DNA from: Candidatus Hodarchaeota archaeon
Lineage (GTDB): Archaea; Asgardarchaeota; Lokiarchaeia; Sigyniarchaeales; SOKP01
Assembly: GCA_048887225.1 (NCBI GenBank)
Contig: JBHLJY010000003.1
Location: 128,001 to 192,000 of the forward strand
Length of the DNA: 64,000 nucleotides
Reading direction: 5' to 3'
Position numbers and translations under genes: made by a program. The stretch's first letter is position 1, and each line of letters opens with the position of its first letter. Positions 9,338 through 19,612 of this stretch are shown piece by piece. The notes beneath the pieces are model-generated. The model saw nothing but the letters and a program-made list of their open reading frames with translations, searched no databases and had not been told where the DNA came from.

Positions 9338-10750
9338 ATGAACCCTACTTTTGGTGTAATCATTGGAAATCGAGATGCTTTTCCCGATCATCTCGCAAAA
9401 GAAGGAAGGGTAGAAATCATTGATATTTTAAATGAATTGGGCTATGATTACGTTATTTTAGGAGAAAATGAAACAAATTTTGGAGCAGTAGAAACTTATT
9501 CAGATGCTAAAAAATGTGCAGAGTTATTCAAAAAGAATTCTGATAAAATTTTTGGAATATTAATAGTACTATGTAATTTTGGAAATGAAAAAGGAATAGT
9601 CACAACGCTCAAACTCGCAAACCTTAATGTTCCTGTTTTAATCCAAGCCTCCTCAGATGAAATTGATAAAATGAATAGGAAATTCAGAAGGGATGCCTTT
9701 TGTGGAAAAATTTCTGTTTGTAACGTTCTTTATCAACACGGGATTCCCTTTAGTCTCACTTCTCTTCATACATGTCCTATTAAATCAGAAATTTACAAAG
9801 AAGATATAAAAAGATTTGAAAAAATTTGCAAAATCGTATATAAGCTCAAAAAGGCGAGATTAGGACAAATTGGAACAAGACCAAACGCATTTGAAACTGT
9901 TAGGTATAGTGAAAAAATTTTAGCTTTTAATGGGATAACCGTTGAACCAATTGATCTTTCTGAAATTTTGAGTCTAATTGGAGAATTGGATGATAATGAC
10001 AATAAAGTTAAAGAAAAAATTGAATTTCTTAAAAATTATACTTCTACTGCTCAATTTCCAGAAGAAAGTATTATAAAATTAGGAAAATTAGCAGTAGTTA
10101 TTGATAAATGGGTAAAAGAAAAGGAATTAGATGGATTTGCTTTCCAATGTTGGCCCTCAATCGAATCAAACCTCGGTATTGTCCCATGTGCTGTTTTAAG
10201 TACATTTAGCGAGGGTCTAGTTCCAGCTGCATGTGAAGTTGATATTTCAGGATTAATTGGAATGTTAATACTACAAATAGCTACTAATACTCCATCAGCA
10301 ATTTTAGACTGGAACAACAATTATGGTGATGATCCAAATAAAATGGTTCTTTTCCATTGTAGTAATCTTCCAAAATCGTTTTTCCAAGATACTAAAATGA
10401 CCCTACATCCAATTATGAAAGATTTCAGAGGTGAAGAAAATACATTTGGTGCTATTCAGGGCAGAATTAAAAAAAGACCTTGTACACTCTTAAGAATAGA
10501 AACAGATGATTTATTTGGTGAGATGAAAGCAATACTTGCTGAAGGAGAATATACAGACGATCCTTTAGAAACATATGGTGGATATGGCGTTATTGAAATA
10601 CCTAATTTACAAGCTCTATTGAAAAAGTTATGTTTAGGTGGATTTGCCCATCATGTTGCAGCAAGTTTAAGTGAAGTTGGTGATATCATTTATGAGGCAT
10701 TATCTAATTATCTAGGATATAATATCGAATATCATAATAAAAATCTATAA
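9338..10750 (+). CDS. L-fucose/L-arabinose isomerase family protein
   Basis: NFGNE, RRDAFCG, QCW, ACEVD, FHCSN, FAHH motifs. Confidence 0.85.
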   Translation: MNPTFGVIIGNRDAFPDHLAKEGRVEIIDILNELGYDYVILGENETNFGAVETYSDAKKCAELFKKNSDKIFGILIVLCNFGNEKGIVTTLKLANLNVPVLIQASSDEIDKMNRKFRRDAFCGKISVCNVLYQHGIPFSLTSLHTCPIKSEIYKEDIKRFEKICKIVYKLKKARLGQIGTRPNAFETVRYSEKILAFNGITVEPIDLSEILSLIGELDDNDNKVKEKIEFLKNYTSTAQFPEESIIKLGKLAVVIDKWVKEKELDGFAFQCWPSIESNLGIVPCAVLSTFSEGLVPAACEVDISGLIGMLILQIATNTPSAILDWNNNYGDDPNKMVLFHCSNLPKSFFQDTKMTLHPIMKDFRGEENTFGAIQGRIKKRPCTLLRIETDDLFGEMKAILAEGEYTDDPLETYGGYGVIEIPNLQALLKKLCLGGFAHHVAASLSEVGDIIYEALSNYLGYNIEYHNKNL

Positions 10751-10765
10751 GATTTATTTTTTAAT

Positions 10766-11863
10766 CTATATTTTTCTTTTAATTTTTAACTCTTTTTCAA
10801 AAAAGCCAGACTCAATAATTTTTTTTCTTTTTTCAGTTAAAATTGTATATATCTTAATAGGATTATATTGTTTTAGATTATTTTCAAGAAAATTCGTAAT
10901 TCTTTTTCTGGTTAAATATATCGAATATTCTGAAATGTCGCATCCTATCCATCTCCTTTTCAACTTCTCCGCAGCTAATAATGTTGTACCAGAACCACAA
11001 AAAAAGTCTGCAATTAGATCCCCTTCATTAGACCCTAATTGAATAATTCTTTCAAGTAATTCGTGATGTTTTTGAGTAGGGTATCCTGTCCATTCTTTTG
11101 AAGCAGGTTGCATACATGGAATTTTCCATACATCATCTAGTTTTTTATCTGTTACAATTCTATATATAACATGGCCATTATTGTTCTTAACATTTTTTAG
11201 AACACCATTTACCATTTGTCTTTTAAGTTGCTTCCTAGGTTTTTTACGTGGAATTCGAATTTCGTTAAAATTATAGTTATTTGATTTCGAGTATACTAAA
11301 ATATTATCGTATGCCCGTGGTAAATTTTTCTTCCCAGCTGAATATTTATTATAATAATACCAAACGATATTGTTTACAAATCTATTTTTTCCAAAAACCT
11401 CGTCCAAAATTAGTCTTATATAATGACTTGCATGCCAGTCTATATGAACGAAAATTAATCCGGTTTTAGATAATAACTCTTTAAATAAAATTATCCTCTC
11501 ATATAACATTTGCAAATATGAATCTAAATCATCTTCCCAATGATCGTAATAGGCTATGGAATCATAATTTAAATCATTATCATTAATTTTTATATGATAA
11601 TTAGAACCAGTAAAGAATGGGGGATCTATATAAATCAAATTAATTTTTTCTTCATAATTATTTAATAAATAAAATAAAACTTCCAAATTATCCCCCCAAA
11701 ATAATTTATTTGTCCAATTATCTGAAGAGGACAAATCTTTAGAATTTATTATTGAATCATTAAGGATACTATTGACAAGCTTAAATTCATTGTAGTATTT
11801 TTTTTTAAATCCTTCAATCTTATCATGTAATTTTGCCTTATTCTTCCAAGTTAATTTAACCAT
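10766..11863 (-). CDS. Site-specific N4/N6 DNA methyltransferase (beta class), orphan
   Basis: GDNLE, IYIDPPF (motif IV), YPTQK, DFFCGSGTT (motif I); no neighbouring endonuclease. Confidence 0.88.
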   Translation of the reverse strand: MVKLTWKNKAKLHDKIEGFKKKYYNEFKLVNSILNDSIINSKDLSSSDNWTNKLFWGDNLEVLFYLLNNYEEKINLIYIDPPFFTGSNYHIKINDNDLNYDSIAYYDHWEDDLDSYLQMLYERIILFKELLSKTGLIFVHIDWHASHYIRLILDEVFGKNRFVNNIVWYYYNKYSAGKKNLPRAYDNILVYSKSNNYNFNEIRIPRKKPRKQLKRQMVNGVLKNVKNNNGHVIYRIVTDKKLDDVWKIPCMQPASKEWTGYPTQKHHELLERIIQLGSNEGDLIADFFCGSGTTLLAAEKLKRRWIGCDISEYSIYLTRKRITNFLENNLKQYNPIKIYTILTEKRKKIIESGFFEKELKIKRKI

Positions 11864-11883
11864 TTAAATCTACAATCGTTTAA

Positions 11884-13140
11884 TTATAATTTAAATAATA
11901 ATATTGTTAAAAAAGTCGTTCCTATTAATATTGAAATAGTTAATAATTGGTATCCTAATAAATGGATACAATAAAGTTTTTTTTCTTTATCAGGATTTAA
12001 AACTCTTAATGAATAAAACATTTTATTTACAATAGCTCCAGTTAAACCAATTGATAACATAATTAAGGCATCTGTTTCAGTTACTAAACCTCCTAAATAG
12101 GCAGTTACTGCGAATAAAGAAGAAGCACCGCCAGAGAGTAAACCTATAGCAAAAGCAATCAAATAAATTGTAAAGATATTTAAAGTGAAAAATTCTAAAA
12201 TAAGGGTAATTATTAACGCTAAAGAGTATGTTCCAGCAAAAATAAGTGCCCCTTTTAATGACAAAGGATTTTTGATTCTATCTAATGTAAGAGATGTTTC
12301 TTTTTTTCTTAATATTAAAAAGGATCCGATTAATCCAATCCCAGCAGTTATTAAAATTGGCATTAAAGCATATCTTAATAATAAAGGTGCTAAAAGTAAA
12401 ACAAGAATCATTCTTATTAACATTGTTTGAATTACGAGCCATATGGATGATGAAGATGCTCCTGCTTCTGCTAAATCTTCAGTGGTTGCTTCGGAATGAG
12501 CAAGACCACCTAAAAACGACATATAATATAAATTGTGCTTAACAGAACTGCGGAGTAAGAAATAACTTATATATTTAATTGCTAATATAGTTATGAATAT
12601 AATAATTATAGATTTTAAATTGATATTTGCTATTATGATGTTGTCAGGAATTAGAATAAATAATAAAACTACGATTGCTATGAATTCCACAGTTCCCGTC
12701 CATTCGATTGTTTCTAGTTTCGTTATTTTTTGGAACTGTGTTTTAGTTGATAAAATAATTAAAAATATGACGGAGATTACAATAGCTAAAAAATACATAT
12801 AATAACTTAATATTCCAACTACTATTGATAAAAGCATTGATACGGTGGTTGTATATCCTGGATCTTCTGTATGAAATAATCGATAAACGGCACCAATTAA
12901 GAGAAATACGACCATACCAGAAAAAATTATAATTAATAATACAATTCCCAAATCTTTAAAAAAATTCTCATAGATAATTATTAATGACGTTGATATTAAT
13001 GAGAAAAAAATATGGTCACGTGCACCAAATTGTTTTTTACCTCTTTCACGTTCAATCCCAATAATAAACCCACAAAAAAAAGAAACAATAATCGCGAAGA
13101 AATATGAGTAAAACTCGTCTTTTATTATATATTGCATCAA
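11884..13140 (-). CDS. MgtC/SapB + DUF4010 membrane protein
   Basis: IGIERE..FGARD, GYTT, LGGLAHSEATT; about 12 TM. Confidence 0.8.
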   Translation of the reverse strand: MMQYIIKDEFYSYFFAIIVSFFCGFIIGIERERGKKQFGARDHIFFSLISTSLIIIYENFFKDLGIVLLIIIFSGMVVFLLIGAVYRLFHTEDPGYTTTVSMLLSIVVGILSYYMYFLAIVISVIFLIILSTKTQFQKITKLETIEWTGTVEFIAIVVLLFILIPDNIIIANINLKSIIIIFITILAIKYISYFLLRSSVKHNLYYMSFLGGLAHSEATTEDLAEAGASSSSIWLVIQTMLIRMILVLLLAPLLLRYALMPILITAGIGLIGSFLILRKKETSLTLDRIKNPLSLKGALIFAGTYSLALIITLILEFFTLNIFTIYLIAFAIGLLSGGASSLFAVTAYLGGLVTETDALIMLSIGLTGAIVNKMFYSLRVLNPDKEKKLYCIHLLGYQLLTISILIGTTFLTILLFKL

Positions 13141-13301
13141 TTTAACTTCAGATTTTTCCTAATGTTTTTATTATGAATAAATATTAGCTTTTTGAAATAT
13201 ATAAAATATATGAAATAAGACTTAACTAATTAGACTTATCATCTATAGATTATAATAATTAAAGTAAAATTTTTGAAAAACTTTGATATTAATGATATAT
13301 T

Positions 13302-14102
13302 ATGGCTAAAATATATGTAGGGTGTGCTGGTTGGGATTATAAAGATTGGATTGGTCCATTTTATCCAAAAAAACTCGAAAAATATCGTCATTTGGAATAT
13401 TACGCGAAATACTTCGATTTAACTGAGATAAATTCTACATTTTATAATCTTCCTGCTGAAGATACGGTGTATAAATGGGCAAATCGCGTTCCAGAAGGCT
13501 TTCGCTGCATTGTAAAAGTATGGCAAGATATTACACATAAATTAAATGATCCAGAGATAGAATCTCGTATAGCGCAATTCTTTTATCGAATGCAACCTCT
13601 ACATGAGAAAATTATTGCTTTCCTGTTTCAATTTCCCCCTTGGTTTAAATATGCTGATAAGCATCTAAAACGTTTAATTTGGTTGCTTACTGAAATTCCC
13701 TCAGAATATCAGTACATCATTGAACTGCGAGATAAATCATGGTTTGACCTACAAATCCTTTCGAACTTCATAGATGGTTCTCAAAAAATTCTTGGAACTT
13801 CATATATACCATACACAAAACCATATTACCTCCCTGATCAACAATATTACTATATTAGACTTATTGGAGATCGAGAACTCACTGTTTTTAATCGAATTCA
13901 AAGAGAACAAAAAGAAGCAATGAACCACTTAAATAAAAATGTTAAAAAGCTGATAAAAAAACCGAATATAAATGAGATATTCATCATTGTTAATAATCAT
14001 TTTGCAGGTTTTGCTCCTGAATCTGCAAATGAACTTAAAAAGCGATTTGGTTTATCATTCCATCGATTTAATCAGCAGAAAAAATTATTTGACTTTTTTT
14101 AA
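13302..14102 (+). CDS. DUF72 family protein
   Basis: VGCAGWDY..W.G.FYP, EINSTFY, QFPP, ELR..SW, NNH. Confidence 0.9.
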   Translation: MAKIYVGCAGWDYKDWIGPFYPKKLEKYRHLEYYAKYFDLTEINSTFYNLPAEDTVYKWANRVPEGFRCIVKVWQDITHKLNDPEIESRIAQFFYRMQPLHEKIIAFLFQFPPWFKYADKHLKRLIWLLTEIPSEYQYIIELRDKSWFDLQILSNFIDGSQKILGTSYIPYTKPYYLPDQQYYYIRLIGDRELTVFNRIQREQKEAMNHLNKNVKKLIKKPNINEIFIIVNNHFAGFAPESANELKKRFGLSFHRFNQQKKLFDFF

Positions 14103-14190
14103 CATAAATCTTTTTGTAAATGTTAAATTGAAATTATAAATATTTTCGAATTTTAAATATTATAAAATCAAAATATGAAGTAGATTAAAA

Positions 14191-15195
14191 ATGGGTTTTT
14201 CTGGATTAATTAGGCTTTTTAAAAAAAGATATAGGATTTTTTTATTTATTGTTCTCTGGCTTTTAATTGGGATTTTGGTTTCTACGCTCAGTTTCGATCT
14301 TGGTATAATTATTCTGACACCATTAATCCCACTCTGCATTGTTTTATTTGCGATATCAATTATTACCGATTTAAGAGACATGAGCTTTTTAATATTTATT
14401 ATAGTTATTATTGTAACAGCAATATTGGTTCTCGGTTTCTTTGTATTTCGTAATATTATAGTCCCTTTTTTATTTGATCTATCAATAATAAGCTATATAA
14501 TAATTACAGCTTTTTTTACTTTGTACGCTTGCTACGAGGGCGGAAGAAATCTCGATGAATTTATCTATACAAGATTTCCTAGCCCAACACACCACATAAT
14601 GAGGTGGATAGAGTTTGCAGGAGGAATAGCTTTAGGTCTTTTAATCATTTGGTTTACATTTATTTTTACAGGCTCTCAATTATATCTTATCACATGGATT
14701 GTTATTATAACTATTCTAGTGTTAGCTGGAATAGCTGTATTATTAATATTAACAGGAAAATTTAATGCTTGGTTTGGGACTTTCTCTCTATATGCTGGAT
14801 TTTATTTTGCATATTTGGTTGTTGCTTTTCTTATAGGACCCGCGCTGCTTGAGCAGGGAGGTACCTATCCAATAATGATCCTGGTCATTTTTGCTCTATT
14901 TGATATTATAATCCTTCTATATACAGTAGGGGTTTTAGTGGGTGAAAGAGCAGATATAATTAGTAAAAAAATTAAAATCGGACCAGATACAATTCTAATG
15001 TGGCTGATCTTTTCGAAAGCCTCCTACGAACTTGCAAAGCTGTTAAATCCTTTAATAATCTCATTCAAGTATTGGTGGGTATTAGTAATATTTGTTGTTT
15101 TGCTCGGAATCGTGGGATTTGTCGGGATTGTGAAGTATAAGAAATTCAGGACAAATATAAAAAGAAAAAGAACTATAAGGAAAGGAAAAAAATAA
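14191..15195 (+). CDS. Uncharacterised polytopic membrane protein, paralogue 1 of 4
   Basis: About 9 TM; shares WLLIG, YACY, GKFNAWFG, DTILMWLIFSKASYE with the next three ORFs. Confidence 0.8.
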   Translation: MGFSGLIRLFKKRYRIFLFIVLWLLIGILVSTLSFDLGIIILTPLIPLCIVLFAISIITDLRDMSFLIFIIVIIVTAILVLGFFVFRNIIVPFLFDLSIISYIIITAFFTLYACYEGGRNLDEFIYTRFPSPTHHIMRWIEFAGGIALGLLIIWFTFIFTGSQLYLITWIVIITILVLAGIAVLLILTGKFNAWFGTFSLYAGFYFAYLVVAFLIGPALLEQGGTYPIMILVIFALFDIIILLYTVGVLVGERADIISKKIKIGPDTILMWLIFSKASYELAKLLNPLIISFKYWWVLVIFVVLLGIVGFVGIVKYKKFRTNIKRKRTIRKGKK

Positions 15196-15253
15196 GGTTT
15201 AAATAACCTTAGAATTAATATAACCTCATTAATACTTTAAAAGGTTTGTTTAT

Positions 15254-16297
15254 ATGGTTATAGAAGATTTGAAAGCATTATTTACTAGTAAAGAAAATAG
15301 AATTATTCTAATTCTAACTATTTGGTTAATTATCGGATTCACAATTTTTTCATTTCCACAATTTTTTTCAGTAGATGTTGGAAATCTTATATTTCCCCCT
15401 CTTTTAGGTTTTTGTTTTGCTTTTTTTGTTGTATCTCTGGTGACTCGAAAAGATATAAGAGGATTAAATTGGAAATGGCTTTTTTTAGCAATAGGTATAG
15501 GTTTTGCGATAGCTTTTTTATTTACAGGAATTTGGAGATTTATTGTATTTGGCCTCTATCGATTTGGAATTATTTCCTATGTCTTTATAACGGCTATCTT
15601 CTATATGTATGCTTGCTACAAATATGCATTTAAAGCAGACGAGAAAGCATATAAATTGGAGAAACCAAAAAACCATCTTTTAAGATGGACAATGTTTATC
15701 GGGGGGACTCTAGTAGCACTAGTCTTAACTCGCCTTATTGCCATAATTGGAGTAAGATGGGCTAGAAGATCACCTGAAATTGTAAAGGGTATTGGTTTAA
15801 TTGCGATTATCATTTATTGGATAATAATTACTTTAGCTATTATTGGGGTTTTGACTTTAATTGTTAAGCGATTGAATTCCTGGCTAGGTGTATTTTTTTT
15901 ACTTGTAACATTGTTCACCGCTTTTCTAATGTTTAATGCTTATTATGCATTAGGTTCTAGCAGGGATACGACTTACGGTTTATGGATGCAAATTGGGCTA
16001 TATCTTTTTGATTTAGGTTTGATAATTTATACAATTTCAACTATTATTGGAGAAAAATCCGAAAAAATCAGTGAAAAACTAAAAATTATGAAAGTCGATG
16101 CTATAATTATGTGGCTGATATTTTCCAAGGCAGCCTATGAACTTGCTGTTGTAGCAGATCCAAATATACCGGCAGATCTTATAAACGCAGTATTAGGATT
16201 TCTCCTATTTATTCCATTATTAGCTATTGCAGGTATTTATGGAATCATTAACTATGGTAAAGTCAAGAGGGAGAAAGAATCCATACAAAATCAATAG
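15254..16297 (+). CDS. Uncharacterised polytopic membrane protein, paralogue 2 of 4
   Basis: WLIIG, YACY, RLNSWLG, DAIIMWLIFSKAAYE. Confidence 0.8.
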   Translation: MVIEDLKALFTSKENRIILILTIWLIIGFTIFSFPQFFSVDVGNLIFPPLLGFCFAFFVVSLVTRKDIRGLNWKWLFLAIGIGFAIAFLFTGIWRFIVFGLYRFGIISYVFITAIFYMYACYKYAFKADEKAYKLEKPKNHLLRWTMFIGGTLVALVLTRLIAIIGVRWARRSPEIVKGIGLIAIIIYWIIITLAIIGVLTLIVKRLNSWLGVFFLLVTLFTAFLMFNAYYALGSSRDTTYGLWMQIGLYLFDLGLIIYTISTIIGEKSEKISEKLKIMKVDAIIMWLIFSKAAYELAVVADPNIPADLINAVLGFLLFIPLLAIAGIYGIINYGKVKREKESIQNQ

Positions 16298-16388
16298 ATT
16301 CTAAAAAAATCGCAAATATTAAAAACTCTAATTTTTTCTTATTTTCTATCGTTTTGTTAAAAATTTTTACAACTAAAGGTGAGAATTT

Positions 16389-17429
16389 TTGGTATTTAGC
16401 GAACTCAAAAAATTATTTACACAAAAAGAATATAGATTATTTCTAGTATTAGTTCTTTGGCTCTTAATCGGTTTTACAATATTTCAGTTTAAATTTTTTA
16501 TTCCCATATGGTTAGGGTACGTGATCTTTTTACCATTGTTGGTATTATGCGCTATACTTTATATAATGTCATTAATTTTTCGAACCGATTTAAAAGAATT
16601 GACTCTTAAGAGAATAATTATTTATTGTGTCATTGCTGCTGTGATTCTAGTTATTTTTATTTCCCTTGCTGCTGCGATTTTCTTATTGCTTTTTGTATTG
16701 GCTTTAATTTCATATGTACTTATTACTGCTACATTCTATATGTATTCCTGTTATCGATATGGGGTCGATTTGGATGAAAAAATCAGTAAAGTTGAAGGAG
16801 CTGGGAGAAGTATATTGAGAGGGGTAATGTTCCTTGGAGGTACTATTATTTCTCTTATAATTATGATTATTATTGTTGGTATAGGAATATATTGGGGAAC
16901 AACAACTGGAGAGGTTCAATTTTCATTTGGCGGGATGGCTATCGTGATGATGGTTATTATGATTTTTCTATTGTCTGTAGGAATCATATCATTATTTAGA
17001 GGTAAATTAAATGCTTGGCTAGGTATTTTCTTCTTATTTGTTAGTTTTTATTTCATATATTTAATGATTAGCGCATATTACATAATAACATCCAGTGGCG
17101 ACACTACTTATGATTTAGGAACGCAAATTGCTCTATATGTTTTTGATGTTTTACTCATAATCTATACTACTACAACGTTAATGGGGATTAAAACTGAGGT
17201 ATTGAGCGAAAAGCTCAAATTTATTAAACCAGATGGTGTATTAATGTGGTTAATATTTTCTAAAGCAACTTACGAATTTGCCAAGGCAGGTTTAGAAAAT
17301 ATAAATATCGGCGTTTTTAATGCCATAGCTGGACTATTGGTCTTCGTTGTGTTATTCTTTATGGCTGGTTTGTATGGAATTATTTCATATGGGAAAAGAA
17401 AAGAAGAATTTATAGAATCAGAAGATTAA
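16389..17429 (+). CDS. Uncharacterised polytopic membrane protein, paralogue 3 of 4
   Basis: TTG start 6 nt after GGTGA; WLLIG, YSCY, GKLNAWLG, DGVLMWLIFSKATYE. Confidence 0.8.
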   Translation: MVFSELKKLFTQKEYRLFLVLVLWLLIGFTIFQFKFFIPIWLGYVIFLPLLVLCAILYIMSLIFRTDLKELTLKRIIIYCVIAAVILVIFISLAAAIFLLLFVLALISYVLITATFYMYSCYRYGVDLDEKISKVEGAGRSILRGVMFLGGTIISLIIMIIIVGIGIYWGTTTGEVQFSFGGMAIVMMVIMIFLLSVGIISLFRGKLNAWLGIFFLFVSFYFIYLMISAYYIITSSGDTTYDLGTQIALYVFDVLLIIYTTTTLMGIKTEVLSEKLKFIKPDGVLMWLIFSKATYEFAKAGLENINIGVFNAIAGLLVFVVLFFMAGLYGIISYGKRKEEFIESED

Positions 17430-17511
17430 ATAAAATCTTAATAAATTATCTTTTTTTTTTACTTTTTTTTAATTGACAAATTTTAAATAATTCCTGTTTG
17501 ATTAAGTTTTT

Positions 17512-18771
17512 ATGGAATTTATTAATAATCTTAAAAAGTTAAGTGAAGAAGAAAACAGAGTATTCTTATTTTTAGTAATATGGCTCCTAATCGCTTTTAT
17601 TTGTATGGCGATATTTAACCTTATTAATTTACCGATAATAGGAATTGTCATCTATTACCCATTACTAGGATTTGCGCTTTTTCTTTGGTTTATTTCTTTA
17701 TATAGAAAAAAAATAAGGGACATCTCGACTAAAAAATTAATACTATTACTTACAATTGATATTTTTCTGATGGTAATTTTATTGTTTGTTGTTGTAATAA
17801 TATTAATAATATCTATTTTTTCTTATATCGTCCTAACAAGCTATTTTATATTGCAAGGATGTTACTCCGCTGGCAAAAGACTTGACGAGAAATTATACTA
17901 TAAAAAAGGAGCTTGGTTATGGAGGCGTCTAGAATATCATGGAGGTTTAGCTGTTTCTCTTATTCTATTATTTATTTTTTTAATAGCAACTTGGACTGCT
18001 GCAATACAAACTGGCGTAACAGTATTAATTATTATTGCATATTTAGCGGTTATCATAGTTATTATTAGTGTTGCTATTTATGGTGTTTTTATATCATTAA
18101 TCAAAAAGAGATTAAATGGGTGGCTTGGTACATATTTTATAATTGTTACAGGATACACATTCTATTTAGTTTTAAAGGTATTTATGGGATTATATAGTGG
18201 ATCTAAGAGTGAATCTCCACTTTATATGGAAATAGCTTTAATAATTTTAGATGTTGTTATTCTTTTATATTCTATAGGCTCAATCCTAGGGACTAAAGGA
18301 GAGATATTAGCTGAAAAAATAAAAATCTTTAATATTGATTCAGCGCTACTTTGGTTAATCTTCTCTAAGGCAGCATTGGAATTCGCAATAAATTATCCTT
18401 ATGGTATTTTCGGGGGCCCTCAAGCATTGGGCATTCAAGAAGTCCGACAATTAGGTGCCTATATCAATTTAATTGCAAATATACTTATTTTAGCTATATT
18501 CTTCTTTTCGATCATAATTTTTGGATTCTACGGAATAAGCAAATATAGCGAAGAAAAAGAAATGATGAAAGCAACAAGAAAAGAAATGAAGGCAAGTAAA
18601 TCTGGAAAGAGAGAAGAAGTTGAGATAAAATTCAATGATGAAATGTATAAAATTAAAGAGGAATATATTGATGATTATGAGAGGACAGTCGAAAAATCCG
18701 AAGTTGAAGATGAATTAGCTGAAGAAAAATCAGATGCAAAAGATATAGATAACGAAGATATAAATATTTAA
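17512..18771 (+). CDS. Uncharacterised polytopic membrane protein, paralogue 4 of 4, with acidic C-terminal tail
   Basis: WLLIA, QGCY, RLNGWLG, DSALLWLIFSKAALE; E/D/K-rich tail. Confidence 0.8.
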   Translation: MEFINNLKKLSEEENRVFLFLVIWLLIAFICMAIFNLINLPIIGIVIYYPLLGFALFLWFISLYRKKIRDISTKKLILLLTIDIFLMVILLFVVVIILIISIFSYIVLTSYFILQGCYSAGKRLDEKLYYKKGAWLWRRLEYHGGLAVSLILLFIFLIATWTAAIQTGVTVLIIIAYLAVIIVIISVAIYGVFISLIKKRLNGWLGTYFIIVTGYTFYLVLKVFMGLYSGSKSESPLYMEIALIILDVVILLYSIGSILGTKGEILAEKIKIFNIDSALLWLIFSKAALEFAINYPYGIFGGPQALGIQEVRQLGAYINLIANILILAIFFFSIIIFGFYGISKYSEEKEMMKATRKEMKASKSGKREEVEIKFNDEMYKIKEEYIDDYERTVEKSEVEDELAEEKSDAKDIDNEDINI

Positions 18772-18924
18772 TAAAATCCGATTTTAATTTTCAGATTTAA
18801 TAACGATCTCTTTATTCTTTTATTTTTACAAATCAAAAAATCGGGATAGATTAACAATTTAATAATTAGATTTATTAAACATAATTTCAAGAGTTATCAT
18901 ACTTAATTTCATAAGAAGTTTTAT

Positions 18925-19449
18925 ATGAAGAATCTTGAAATCAATGTTGATATAAAAGAAGCTTTTCTTGAAAAATTTGAAAAATTATTTCTAAAAGTGG
19001 AACAATTAACAGAAGAAGTATCCAAAATGAAAATAAAATTGGATAAATCAAATAAAATGAGTAGGACTTTCGGACTCAAGTCGCTTCGAAATTCAGAGCC
19101 TTTAGATTTTGCAAAAAATATAAACGGCATCGGAAGTCCCACTAAAAATTATATTTTATCTATAAGAGCCATAACTGAGGAGTGGAAAGGGCGAAAAAAC
19201 GATATTATGATATCAATTCGTCAACAAGATAAGGAAACTCACCAGGATCTCAAGTCCCTTGGTGTTCGTATTCCCATAAATGACATAAAAAAGATTAGGA
19301 AGCTGTCTAAAGAAGTAATTTCTTTATTATACGTTGCTTGTGAATTAAAAGGGATTGAAGTAAATGATATCCTACGAGAGATTTTATTAGAAGTCAATGA
19401 TGATGGCTCTAAAATGATTAATGAAATTAAAAAAAAAATGATTCTTTAA
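18925..19449 (+). CDS. Hypothetical protein: N-terminal coiled coil + possible PC4/YdbC-like ssDNA-binding domain
   Basis: EEWKG..ISIR..K.LGVRIP pattern resembles the PC4 fold. Confidence 0.45.
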   Translation: MKNLEINVDIKEAFLEKFEKLFLKVEQLTEEVSKMKIKLDKSNKMSRTFGLKSLRNSEPLDFAKNINGIGSPTKNYILSIRAITEEWKGRKNDIMISIRQQDKETHQDLKSLGVRIPINDIKKIRKLSKEVISLLYVACELKGIEVNDILREILLEVNDDGSKMINEIKKKMIL

Positions 19450-19612
19450 GTTCTTCTAATAATCTGTATTATTTTTCTTAGCAAGGATTTTCTTATTTTC
19501 TTAGGATACAATCATAATTTTTTAGAGAGATTGCTTTAAATATGTTAAAATCATTTTAAATGATAACTCATTAAAAACGAAATATTTCTAATATTATGGA
19601 GTTGGGAAAAAT

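Noticed and set aside
14191-18771. Rhodopsin interpretation of the conserved FSK lysine in the four paralogues
   Set aside because: About 9 TM rather than 7, no DxxxK/SxxxK helix-G motif and no helix-C RY/W signature
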